A stretch of 64,000 nucleotides of DNA, from the NCBI GenBank assembly GCA_028707495.1, contig JAQWAS010000003.1, positions 47,711-111,710 of the forward strand, written 5' to 3'. The notes beneath the pieces were generated by a model that saw nothing but the letters and a program-made list of their open reading frames with translations, was not told where the DNA came from and did not search any database. The translations under genes and the position numbers were made by a program. The stretch is from Patescibacteria group bacterium (GTDB lineage Bacteria > Patescibacteriota > Patescibacteriia > UBA2591 > JAQWAS01). Below are positions 37,453 to 46,309 of the stretch, piece after piece (the first letter of the stretch is position 1; each line of letters opens with the position of its first letter).

Positions 37453-37980
37453 ATGCTAGAAGCTAGTTTAAAGAATAAAAAAGAATCACCCGAAGAAGAG
37501 GTTATTTTAGATTTACAAGAAGAAAAAAATAAAACACCTGAAATTCCTAAAGACAAAGAAAGCCGGGAAGAAGTTGAAATTCCGAAAGAAACACCACAAC
37601 TCGAAAAAGAGATTATTGGTCAAGAACAGGATTTGCCAGGCTATAGCGCGCCTCAAATTCAGACTCCAAAGGTTTCGGATTTACCACCCAAAAGTGAGAC
37701 TTTAATCAAAATAGAAAAGATTTTATCCGAAGATTTAGAGGATATTTATGCGTCATTAGATAAGCCCACTCAAGAAAAATTTAAACAGGCTGGAGAAGAA
37801 ACTGCTTATAAAATTGAAAAAATCTTAGGTTCAGTTAAAATTAAAATCAAAGAAATTATCAAATTAATTTTAGAGTGGCTCAAAATTTTGCCTGGGGTTA
37901 ACAAATTTTTTATTAAAAAACAGGCCAAGATTAAAACAGAAAAAATATTAAATTTAGCATCCAAAGACAAGCAAAAATAA
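37453..37980 (+). CDS. Hypothetical protein
   Basis: Acidic disordered N-terminus; helical C-terminus WLKILPGVNKFF. Confidence 0.7.
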   Translation: MLEASLKNKKESPEEEVILDLQEEKNKTPEIPKDKESREEVEIPKETPQLEKEIIGQEQDLPGYSAPQIQTPKVSDLPPKSETLIKIEKILSEDLEDIYASLDKPTQEKFKQAGEETAYKIEKILGSVKIKIKEIIKLILEWLKILPGVNKFFIKKQAKIKTEKILNLASKDKQK

Positions 37981-37984
37981 AAAT

Positions 37985-40552
37985 ATGTGGTTATTACAAA
38001 CATCTGTACAAATTGATTTAACGCAAGTGCCTAGTGTAGGCCAAGATGTCTCATCGTCCTTGGTGATGTTTATTTTTTTAATAATTTTTGGAATTTTTGT
38101 TTTGTTTATAGCATGGTTAATTTTAAAAAAGATTTTAACGCGAATGTATGGCTGGTCGGCAATATTTAAAAGGGTTTATCTATTAGTAACTGTACCAAAA
38201 GATAAAGATAATAAAGAAGAGGGGCAAAAAGAAATGCAAGATATTTTAGCGGTGGCGGAGGCTTTGTATTCAACTCTGGGCGGTTTGGCGCCAGCAGTTA
38301 ATTTCCAAAGTAGAATTTTAGGACGGCAAGATCATTTTAGTTTTGAAATTGTAGCTGATCGCGAAGGTTTGATTTCATTCTATGTGGTTGTGCCAAAGTA
38401 TTTACAACAATTTTTTGAACAACAAATTCACGCTCAATATCACAATGCTCAAATTGAAGAAGTTGATGACTATAATATTTTTCATGAAAAAGGTCAGGTG
38501 GCTGGGGCTTATTTAAAATTAACCAAAAATTCTATTTTTCCTCTAAAAACTTATACTCAAACCGGAGCAGATCCCTTAAATGCTTTAACAAATGTGATGA
38601 GTAAATTTGACCCGTCAGATGGCGCAGTTATTCAAATTGTGGCTCGTTCAGCTCATAAATCCTGGCATCAATTGGGTGCTAAATTAGCTTCCAAAATTCA
38701 ACAAGGCAAAAGTTTAAAACAAGCCAAAAAAGAGGTTATGGGGAATCCAATTCTAAGAACAGTTGGTGATTTGAGTGATTATTTATGGCCACAGAAAAAA
38801 GAGGATAAAATGCAAGATCCTAAAAAAGAATATCGTTTGTCGCCCATGGAAGAAGAAACAGTTAAAGCTTTAGAAAATAAAACTAGCAAAGCCGGTTTTG
38901 ACGTGAATATTCGAGTGATTGTTTCATCTAGTACTTTAGAAAAAGCTAAGGCTGATTTGCATAATATTTTAGACTCTTTTTCTCAATATACGGGTTATGA
39001 ATATGGTAATGGTTTTAAGGCCATCAACGTTTCTGGTAAAAACCTAGATCAAATAGTGGAAGATTATATTTATCGAAATTTCAATGAAAAAAATAAAATG
39101 ATTTTAAACACCGAAGAGATGACCAGTTTATATCATTTTCCTTTGCCGACCACCGAAACACCAAACATTCGTTGGCTATTAGCTACAAAATGTCCACCAC
39201 CAGCCAATTTACCTAATGAAGGTTTGATTTTAGGTGAGAGTGTCTATCGAGGTCAAAAAAAATTAATTAAACTACAAGAAGCCGATCGGCGTCGACATTT
39301 ATACATTATCGGTATGACGGGTGTTGGTAAATCTGTTTTTATCTCTAATTTAGCTATTCAAGATATTCAAAATGGTAAAGGTGTCTGTGTGATTGATCCA
39401 CATGGTGACTTAATTGAAGATATTTTACCGCACATACCCAAAGAACGGATTGAAGATGTGATTGTTTTTAATCCATCAGATATTGAACGGCCAATAGGTT
39501 TAAATATGCTAGAGGGTAAAACTGAAGAAGAGCGTGATTTTGCTACTCAAGAAATGATAGCTATTTTTTATAAATTATTCCCGCCAGAAATGATTGGGCC
39601 AATGTTTGAACATAATATGCGCAACGTCATGTTGACTTTAATGTCAGACGAACAACAGCCTGGTACAATTGCTGAAATTCCACGCATGTTTTCGGATAAT
39701 GATTTTCAAAAACAATGGGTAGCTAAAGTTAAAGATCCAGTCGTGCGATCTTTTTGGGAAAAAGAAATGGCTAAAACCTCAGATTTTCATAAATCAGAAA
39801 TGTTGGGCTATTTAATTTCTAAAGTTGGACGGTTTGTAGAAAACGCGATGATACGAAATATTATTGGTCAAAGTCACTCAGGTTTTAATTTAAAAGATGT
39901 TATGGATCAGCAAAAGATTTTGTTGGTTAATTTATCTAAAGGTACAACCGGCGAAGTTAATAGTAATTTGTTGGGTTTAATTATTGTATCAAAATTACAA
40001 ATGGCGGCTTTGGCACGAGCTAATATATCAGAGAGTGAAAGAAAAGATTTTTATTTATATATTGATGAGTTCCAAAATTTTATTACCGATTCAATTGCCA
40101 CTATTTTAGCTGAAGCGCGTAAATACCGTTTAAATTTAACCATTGCGCATCAGTATATTGGTCAATTAGTTCAAAATCAGGACGCAAAAATTCGTGACGC
40201 TGTTTTTGGTAATGTTGGTACAATCGTCAATTTTAGAATTGGTGTTGATGATGCTGAAACTATGGCTAAGCAATTAGCGCCAGTGTGTTCAGAAAATGAT
40301 GTAATAAATTTAGAAAGATATAATGCTTACGTACGTTTATTAATTGATAATCAAGCTTCGCGAGCTTTCAATATGCATTGTTTTCCACCACCCAGTGATG
40401 GTAATGTTAAAATAGCTCAGGCGATTAAAGATTTATCACGCTTGAAATATGGTCGTGATCGCCAAACTGTTGAAAGAGAAATTTTAGAGCGTTCGCAATT
40501 GGGTGGTAGTAGCGCACAACAGGGACCGCTGGTTGCTGAGCGCACTCTGTAA
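37985..40552 (+). CDS. Membrane-anchored VirD4/TraG/HerA-like ATPase
   Basis: RRRHLYIIGMTGVGKS Walker A, IDPHGD, LYIDEFQNF Walker B, EARKYRL..AHQ. Confidence 0.88.
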   Translation: MWLLQTSVQIDLTQVPSVGQDVSSSLVMFIFLIIFGIFVLFIAWLILKKILTRMYGWSAIFKRVYLLVTVPKDKDNKEEGQKEMQDILAVAEALYSTLGGLAPAVNFQSRILGRQDHFSFEIVADREGLISFYVVVPKYLQQFFEQQIHAQYHNAQIEEVDDYNIFHEKGQVAGAYLKLTKNSIFPLKTYTQTGADPLNALTNVMSKFDPSDGAVIQIVARSAHKSWHQLGAKLASKIQQGKSLKQAKKEVMGNPILRTVGDLSDYLWPQKKEDKMQDPKKEYRLSPMEEETVKALENKTSKAGFDVNIRVIVSSSTLEKAKADLHNILDSFSQYTGYEYGNGFKAINVSGKNLDQIVEDYIYRNFNEKNKMILNTEEMTSLYHFPLPTTETPNIRWLLATKCPPPANLPNEGLILGESVYRGQKKLIKLQEADRRRHLYIIGMTGVGKSVFISNLAIQDIQNGKGVCVIDPHGDLIEDILPHIPKERIEDVIVFNPSDIERPIGLNMLEGKTEEERDFATQEMIAIFYKLFPPEMIGPMFEHNMRNVMLTLMSDEQQPGTIAEIPRMFSDNDFQKQWVAKVKDPVVRSFWEKEMAKTSDFHKSEMLGYLISKVGRFVENAMIRNIIGQSHSGFNLKDVMDQQKILLVNLSKGTTGEVNSNLLGLIIVSKLQMAALARANISESERKDFYLYIDEFQNFITDSIATILAEARKYRLNLTIAHQYIGQLVQNQDAKIRDAVFGNVGTIVNFRIGVDDAETMAKQLAPVCSENDVINLERYNAYVRLLIDNQASRAFNMHCFPPPSDGNVKIAQAIKDLSRLKYGRDRQTVEREILERSQLGGSSAQQGPLVAERTL

Positions 40553-40565
40553 TTTTTAAAATAAT

Positions 40566-41489
40566 ATGTTGGTCAATTTTTTACTAACAGCTATTTTACT
40601 GTTTCAAATTTATTCGCCGACAATTTCAGTCGACAAATTAAATACCACCCTTGAGAGTGGTCATTTTTCTATTAACCAAAAAGATGTAATTTTTCCCCGC
40701 CAAAAACTAGCTAGCCAAAGCTTGGGCTTAAAATTAAACGCTTGGTCGGCTATTGTTGTCGATCAAACTACGGGTAAAATTTTATTTGAAAAAAATAGTC
40801 AAGAAAAACATTCTTTAGCTAGTATTACTAAATTGATGGCCATGGTTGTTTTTTTAGAAACTCAGCCTGATTGGTCGCAGGTTATTACTATGCAAGCCCA
40901 AGATCAGGCTGAGGGTGCGGCCGTTTTTGTAAATAATGGCGAAGAGTTGAAAGTAGAAGATTTGTTTTATAGTGCCTTAGTGGGGTCAGCCAATAATGCG
41001 GTAAAAGCTTTGGTTAGGTCAACCGGTTTAAGCTCAGATGAATTTGTTAATCGGATGAATATCAAAGCTAAACAATTAGGTTTAAATCAAACTCATTTTA
41101 GTGATCCAACTGGTTTAAATCCATCTAACCAATCTACAGCTTATGATATCGCAGTTTTAACGCGTTATGCCTTTCAACAACCCAAAATTCTCCAAGCAGT
41201 ATTGCTAGATAAATATTCTTTCAGGACAGTCGATCAAAATGTTTTACATACAATTAAAAATACCGATGAACTGATTGATAGTTTTTTAAATGATGGTCAA
41301 AATTTTAAATTAATTGGTGGCAAAACTGGTTTTTTAAATGAAGCTGGTTATTGTTTAACGACTCAAGTCCAAGACCACAGCGGACACGATTTAATAATTG
41401 TTTTGTTGGGAAATCGGTCGAGCGCAGAACGTTTTCGTGAAATGAAGGGGCTAGCTTGGTGGACCTTTGAAAATTTTGAGTGGGAATAA
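40566..41489 (+). CDS. D-alanyl-D-alanine carboxypeptidase/endopeptidase (S11)
   Basis: ASITK (SxxK), SAN (SxN), GKTG. Confidence 0.9.
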   Translation: MLVNFLLTAILLFQIYSPTISVDKLNTTLESGHFSINQKDVIFPRQKLASQSLGLKLNAWSAIVVDQTTGKILFEKNSQEKHSLASITKLMAMVVFLETQPDWSQVITMQAQDQAEGAAVFVNNGEELKVEDLFYSALVGSANNAVKALVRSTGLSSDEFVNRMNIKAKQLGLNQTHFSDPTGLNPSNQSTAYDIAVLTRYAFQQPKILQAVLLDKYSFRTVDQNVLHTIKNTDELIDSFLNDGQNFKLIGGKTGFLNEAGYCLTTQVQDHSGHDLIIVLLGNRSSAERFREMKGLAWWTFENFEWE

Positions 41490-41526
41490 AAAAAGACCGT
41501 ATATTTCAACGGTCTTTCGGTTGAAG

Positions 41527-41763
41527 TTATTCGTAGGGCATGATCGAACCTTTTTCTACGTACCTTTTTGTTTTTTGATAGAAAATCGTTATGACGAGAA
41601 TGGGGACACCAAGCTTACTAGTGCCCACACTTTGTAATACAGAAATGATTTTAATTATAGTATTTTCATTTTTACCCTCCTCTTCAATCCATAAGTTTAT
41701 TTTTTCTTCGACCTCTTCGGCAATAGTACCTATTGCTCCAGTTCCTGTAAATATTTTTAACAT
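41527..41763 (-). CDS. Orphan small protein, weak Cse60-like pattern
   Basis: AAGGAGGTG SD before ATG 41763; LKIF...VEEKINLWI...IISVLQS...ITIFY. Confidence 0.7.
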   Translation of the reverse strand: MLKIFTGTGAIGTIAEEVEEKINLWIEEEGKNENTIIKIISVLQSVGTSKLGVPILVITIFYQKTKRYVEKGSIMPYE

Positions 41764-41815
41764 TTTCACCTCCTTTCTCGCCTCATTTCTTTTTTGTTAT
41801 TAAGTTACTACTTAC

Positions 41816-41844
41816 ATTTTAATATAAATTTTATTTCTTGTCAA
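41816..41844 (-). promoter_or_regulatory. Cassette-type promoter
   Basis: TTGACA-17 nt-TAAAAT. Confidence 0.8.
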
Positions 41845-41930
41845 GAGCTAGTGGTTCATATTATAAAATAAATACTAGTTTTAAAAATTAATTTTTTGAC
41901 TTTTGGACCTTAAATTTATATAATGTATCT

Positions 41931-42404
41931 ATGTCAGAATTAATTAAAGTTTTATTAACTGCCATGGCGCCAATTAGCGAATTGCGAGGAGCAATTCCTT
42001 TGGCGGTCGGAGCCTATCACTGGCCGATCTGGCAGTCTTATTTTGTAGCAGTTATTGGTAATATTATACCCGTTATTTTTATTTTATGGTTATTGGAGCC
42101 AGTTTCAAAATTTTTGTGTCAACACTCTAAACTGATGGCACGTTTCTTTAAGTGGTTATTTGAAAGAACTCGTTTAAAACATACTCAGAAATTTGAACGC
42201 TGGGGAGCTGTGGCTTTAATTAGTTTTGTCGCCATTCCTTTGCCAATTACTGGAGCTTGGACAGGTTCGGTCGCGGCTTTTGTTTTCGGTATTCCGTACA
42301 AAAAAAGTTTAGTTTTAATTACTAGTGGCGTTTTAATCGCTGGAATTATAGTTAGTTTGATTACTACTGGCACAATTTCATTTTTAAATTTTTTAATTAA
42401 ATAA
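41931..42404 (+). CDS. COG2426 / small multidrug export family membrane protein
   Basis: PISELRGAIP, FVAIPLPITGAWTG. Confidence 0.88.
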   Translation: MSELIKVLLTAMAPISELRGAIPLAVGAYHWPIWQSYFVAVIGNIIPVIFILWLLEPVSKFLCQHSKLMARFFKWLFERTRLKHTQKFERWGAVALISFVAIPLPITGAWTGSVAAFVFGIPYKKSLVLITSGVLIAGIIVSLITTGTISFLNFLIK

Positions 42405-42415
42405 AGACTAAAATT

Positions 42416-43192
42416 ATGCAAGAAAAATTTTTAATTGGTAACTGGAAAACCAAACTTAATCTAAAAGAAAGCTTAGATTTTACTAAAAAAATCAGTAAAG
42501 AATTAAAACATTTTAAAAACAATCAAGCAGAATTAATCATTTGCCCACCATTTGTGGTTTTGGATGAAATTAAAGAAATAATTCACAAAACACCCATGAA
42601 GTTAGGCGCACAAAATGTTTTTTGGGCTAACAAGGGTAGCTACACCGGAGAAATCACTCCAGAAATGTTAGAAGAAACCGGTTGCGAATATGTAATAATT
42701 GGTCATTCTGAAAGACGAGCAAATGTTTTAGAAAGCAACGAAATGGTTAATTCCAAAGTTAAAATTGCTTGTCAGATGGAAAATTTAACTCCGATCATTT
42801 GCATTGGTGAAACTTTTGAAGAAAGACGCGAAGGTCGTAAAGATTTAGTGATTATTGAACAACTAGAAAAAGCCATTAAAGATGTTTCAGTTATTAGTAA
42901 TCAAAATATTATCATTGGTTATGAACCGATTTGGGTAATTGGTTCTGGCCAAACAGTTGACCCAGAAGAGGCTGAATATACGCATAAAGTTATTCGACAA
43001 AAATTAATAGATACTTATCCAATGGAAATTGTAGAAAATAATTTTAGAATAATTTATGGCGGGAGTATTGATAGTAGTACAATTAAAGCCTTTATTGATC
43101 AACCAACGATTGATGGTGTTTTGGTTGGGGGAGCGAGCGTCAAAGAAGATGAATGGTTAAAAATGGTTAAAATTATTTGTCAAAATAAATAA
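42416..43192 (+). CDS. tpiA: Triosephosphate isomerase
   Basis: GNWK, GHSERR, YEPIWVIG, YGGS, LVGGAS. Confidence 0.96.
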   Translation: MQEKFLIGNWKTKLNLKESLDFTKKISKELKHFKNNQAELIICPPFVVLDEIKEIIHKTPMKLGAQNVFWANKGSYTGEITPEMLEETGCEYVIIGHSERRANVLESNEMVNSKVKIACQMENLTPIICIGETFEERREGRKDLVIIEQLEKAIKDVSVISNQNIIIGYEPIWVIGSGQTVDPEEAEYTHKVIRQKLIDTYPMEIVENNFRIIYGGSIDSSTIKAFIDQPTIDGVLVGGASVKEDEWLKMVKIICQNK

Positions 43193-43201
43193 AAATATAT
43201 T

Positions 43202-44053
43202 ATGTTAACTCACATTAAAAACATTGTTTCGGTTAAAAATAAATATGCTATTGGAGCTTTTAATACTTATAATTTAGAATTTACTAAAGCTATTGTGACG
43301 GCAGCAGTTAAAGAAAATTTTTCTTTAATTATTCAGACTTCAGAAAATGTTTTGCGTTATACTGGTGTGCCAGAATTAACTAATTTAATTCAGACAGTTG
43401 TTCAATCTAATAGTCAAAAAGTGCCCATAGCTTTTCATTTAGATCATGGTAAGGATATAAACTTAATTAAACAAGCTATTCAAGCGGGTTTTACTTCGGT
43501 GATGTTTGACGGTTCTTTATTGTCTTATAATGAAAATGTTAAGAAAACCAAACGATTGGTTCAATTTGCTCATGCGCGTGGGGTCTGGGTACAAGGTGAA
43601 TTGGGCGAAGTGATTGTTGGGCGTTTAGGTATAGTTAGCCAAGAAAAAAGATATCAAGGTATGACTGATCCCGATCAAGCACAAGATTTTGTTGAACAAA
43701 CTGGCGTAGATACTTTAGCCGTGGCTATTGGTAATGTGCACGGAACTTACAAACTTTATCACAAAGTTCCTAAGTTGGATATCCAGCGTTTAAAAGAAAT
43801 TAAAAATAAAATTAAAATCCCATTAGTTTTACATGGTGGTTCTGGTATTAGCAACAAAGATATCAAAGCTGCTATTCAAAACGGTATCCGCATCATTAAT
43901 ATTAATTCAGAATTAAAAATAGCATTTACCAATGGCTTGCGTCGGGCTTTGCGTAGTAACTTAAAAGAAACTGATCCGCGTAAATATTTTATTTTAAGCG
44001 CCAAAGAGGTTGAGCGAGTAGTTAGTAAAAAAATTCAATTATTTAAAAAATAA
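43202..44053 (+). CDS. fba: Class II fructose-bisphosphate aldolase
   Basis: HLDHG, SVMFDGS, AIGNVHG, LVLHGGSG. Confidence 0.92.
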   Translation: MLTHIKNIVSVKNKYAIGAFNTYNLEFTKAIVTAAVKENFSLIIQTSENVLRYTGVPELTNLIQTVVQSNSQKVPIAFHLDHGKDINLIKQAIQAGFTSVMFDGSLLSYNENVKKTKRLVQFAHARGVWVQGELGEVIVGRLGIVSQEKRYQGMTDPDQAQDFVEQTGVDTLAVAIGNVHGTYKLYHKVPKLDIQRLKEIKNKIKIPLVLHGGSGISNKDIKAAIQNGIRIININSELKIAFTNGLRRALRSNLKETDPRKYFILSAKEVERVVSKKIQLFKK

Positions 44054-44058
44054 AAGTT

Positions 44059-44907
44059 ATGATTTACGATGTTTTGCCGATAGCTGTTATAGTTTTCTGT
44101 CTCATAATTATTTTTTTTATTTGTTTTAAGAAATTTTCACGTTTAGCTAATGTGAATTTAGATAAAATTCCGACGGAAAAATATCAACGTGTTAAGCAAG
44201 AAATTTTACAGAAAAAACTTAAACGTTCTTTGGAAGAATGGGGGATTAAAGTTAAAGATAATTTAAAGATAAATAATTCTTTTTTGAATCAAAAAATGGG
44301 CTTATTGAATGAAAAAATAACTAATTTAGAAAAAAAATATCGTCATAGTCAGAAGAATTTTTTAAAAAAGAGTCCAAAATTACTTAAATATAAAGTTGAT
44401 AAATTAATTTTAGCTGGTAAAAAATTAATTGAGCAAGAAAAATTAAATGAAGCTGAAAAGTGTTTTATTGAAATTATTTCTTTAGACAATAACAATTTAA
44501 ATGCTTATCGTTATCTAGGTGAAATTTATTTAAAGCAAAAAGATTTGTCGCACGCCAAGCAGACATTTGATTATATTTTAGATTTGAACTTGAAAGAGTT
44601 TAAAAAAGCATTAAATGATAAAAAAGATGACACAATTAGTGCAATTAAAAATGAATTAGCTAAAATTTATTTTGACTTGGGCGAAATGTATAATTTAAAA
44701 GAAAAATTCGATTTGGCTAGAAAAAACTTGGAAAAATCTTTAGAGTTTTCTCCCAAAAACCCAAAATACCTTGACTTTTTATGTAATTTGTATATAATTT
44801 TAAAAGATAAAGAACAGGCACAAAAAATATTAGCTCGCTTAAAAGATGTCAATCCCGATAATCAAAAAATAGTGGATTTACAAGATCAAGTTAATAAATT
44901 AAAATAA
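44059..44907 (+). CDS. Membrane-anchored TPR protein
   Basis: N-terminal TM; TPR-like AYRYLGEIY and IYFDLGEMY repeats. Confidence 0.8.
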   Translation: MIYDVLPIAVIVFCLIIIFFICFKKFSRLANVNLDKIPTEKYQRVKQEILQKKLKRSLEEWGIKVKDNLKINNSFLNQKMGLLNEKITNLEKKYRHSQKNFLKKSPKLLKYKVDKLILAGKKLIEQEKLNEAEKCFIEIISLDNNNLNAYRYLGEIYLKQKDLSHAKQTFDYILDLNLKEFKKALNDKKDDTISAIKNELAKIYFDLGEMYNLKEKFDLARKNLEKSLEFSPKNPKYLDFLCNLYIILKDKEQAQKILARLKDVNPDNQKIVDLQDQVNKLK

Positions 44908-44913
44908 AATTAT

Positions 44914-44989
44914 GCCCACTTAGCTCAGCTGGTAGAGCAACTCCATGGTAAGGAGTAGGTCCGCGGTTCAAGTCCGCGAGTGGGCTCCA
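44914..44989 (+). tRNA. tRNA-Thr(GGT)
   Basis: Cloverleaf, ACTCC-ATGGTAA-GGAGT, CCA end. Confidence 0.95.
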
Positions 44990-45022
44990 TATTTTTTTGT
45001 TAATTAATAATTATTTTAATTG

Positions 45023-45108
45023 GGGCAGGTACCAAAGCGGTCAACTGGGTCAGACTGTAAATCTGATGGCTTTCGCCTTCGTAGGTCCGAATCCTACCCT
45101 GCCCACCA
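45023..45108 (+). tRNA. tRNA-Tyr(GTA)
   Basis: TCAGA-CTGTAAA-TCTGA, long variable arm, CCA; T-loop reads TCCGAAT. Confidence 0.92.
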
Positions 45109-45194
45109 AATTAACCGATAATTAACAACTGACAACTCATAATTCAAGTTTAAAACAAGTTGTAAGTTAATAGTTATAGGTTATAAGTTATTGT

Positions 45195-45271
45195 GGGCCC
45201 ATAGCTCAGTTGGCTAGAGCACTTGCATGGCATGCAAGGGGTCGGGAGTTCGAGTCTCCCTGGGTCCACCA
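45195..45271 (+). tRNA. tRNA-Ala(GGC)
   Basis: G3:U70 pair, CTTGC-ATGGCAT-GCAAG, CCA. Confidence 0.95.
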
Positions 45272-45318
45272 AGATAACTAACGATTTACAACTTAAGCTG
45301 TGGGTTAAAAGTTCTTTG

Positions 45319-45395
45319 GGGCATATAGCTCAGTTGGTTAGAGCGTCACGTTGACATCGTGAAGGTCCGTGGTTCGAGTCCACGTATGCCCACCA
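45319..45395 (+). tRNA. tRNA-Val(GAC)
   Basis: TCACG-TTGACAT-CGTGA, CCA. Confidence 0.95.
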
Positions 45396-45396
45396 T

Positions 45397-45472
45397 GCCA
45401 CCCTAGCTCAGCTGGTAGAGCAACTGTTTTGTAAACAGTAGGTCGTCGGTTCGAGTCCGACGGGTGGCTCCA
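45397..45472 (+). tRNA. tRNA-Thr(TGT)
   Basis: ACTGT-TTTGTAA-ACAGT, CCA. Confidence 0.95.
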
Positions 45473-45475
45473 AGA

Positions 45476-45517
45476 AAACAGTAGGTCGCCCGCCAAATCG
45501 GCGGACGGGTGGCCCCA
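45476..45517 (+). pseudogene. Duplicated 3' half of tRNA-Thr(TGT) with the T-arm replaced by a CCGCC hairpin
   Basis: AAACAGTAGGTCG-cccgccaaatcggcg-GACGGGTGGCcCCA. Confidence 0.75.
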
Positions 45518-45605
45518 GAATAACTAATAACTAACAACTAATAATTAATAATCAATATTTAATATTTAATATTTAATATTTAACATTTAACATTTAATAA
45601 AACAT

Positions 45606-45761
45606 ATGTCACAAGAAAGTTTGATAAAATTGGAGTGTACTGAATGTCATCGAATTAATTATTTTTCTCATAAAAATAAGAAAAAAATTAAAGATCGTTT
45701 GGAACTAAATAAATTTTGTACGCATTGTAAAAAACATACTCTACACAAAGAAACTAAGTAG
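45606..45761 (+). CDS. rpmG: 50S ribosomal protein L33 (Zn-binding type)
   Basis: [19 protein letters not shown]...[21 protein letters not shown]; below the ORF-track cutoff. Confidence 0.95.
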   Translation: MSQESLIKLECTECHRINYFSHKNKKKIKDRLELNKFCTHCKKHTLHKETK

Positions 45762-45781
45762 TACGCTTAGTTTCTTTTTGT

Positions 45782-45817
45782 GCGGGTGTCGTATAGTGGT
45801 AGTACAGGGGTCTCCAA
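45782..45817 (+). pseudogene. 5' half of tRNA-Trp, ending one base after the anticodon
   Basis: Identical to 46140-46175, then diverges into hairpin TCCCGCCTTTCGCGAAAGGCGGGA. Confidence 0.85.
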
Positions 45818-45877
45818 TCCCGCCTTTCGCGAAAGGCGGGACGATTCTCAGCTTAATATTTTAAACAAAATGTTTAT

Positions 45878-46126
45878 ATGTATTCTGTTTATTTATTAAG
45901 AAGTTTAAAAGATAAAAATTTGTATATAGGTTCTACTTTTGATTTAAAATCTAGATATACTCAACATTTAGAAGGTAAGGTGATATCAACCAAAAATAGA
46001 AGACCATTAGAATTAATTTATTATGAAGCTTATAATGATAAATTATTAGCACAAGAAAGAGAACGAAAATTAAAACAATTTGGCTCATCTTATCGGGGAT
46101 TAATTAAAAGATTAAATATAAAATAA
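45878..46126 (+). CDS. GIY-YIG nuclease family protein
   Basis: YSVYLLRS...LYIGST.DLKSRYTQH...STKNRRPLELIYYE...RERKLK. Confidence 0.92.
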   Translation: MYSVYLLRSLKDKNLYIGSTFDLKSRYTQHLEGKVISTKNRRPLELIYYEAYNDKLLAQERERKLKQFGSSYRGLIKRLNIK

Positions 46127-46139
46127 TTAGTTAATATTT

Positions 46140-46213
46140 GCGGGTGTCGTATAGTGGTAGTACAGGGGTCTCCAAAACCTCTAGCGGGGGTTCGATTCCC
46201 TCCACCCGTGCCA
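46140..46213 (+). tRNA. tRNA-Trp(CCA)
   Basis: GCGGGTG/CACCCGT acceptor, GGGGT-CTCCAAA-ACCTC, CCA. Confidence 0.95.
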
Positions 46214-46237
46214 TAATTATTTAAGGGTTCTCACTCA

Positions 46238-46280
46238 GCGGGTGACCAGCCTCTAGCTGGGATTCCCTCCACCCGTGCCA
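46238..46280 (+). pseudogene. Internally deleted tRNA-Trp remnant
   Basis: GCGGGTG-accag-CCTCTAGC-tgg-GATTCCCTCCACCCGTGCCA keeps both acceptor strands and CCA. Confidence 0.75.
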
Positions 46281-46309
46281 TTGTGTAATGAGAATAAATT
46301 TTAAATTTT

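Noticed and set aside
37985-40552. Conjugative element suggested by the VirD4-like ATPase
   Set aside because: No relaxase, VirB genes or integrase nearby; the gene sits in housekeeping context with an SD-less leader.
41766-41786. uORF MRRERR overlapping the SD of the 41763 gene
   Set aside because: It has no SD of its own and is probably a by-product of the purine-rich leader.
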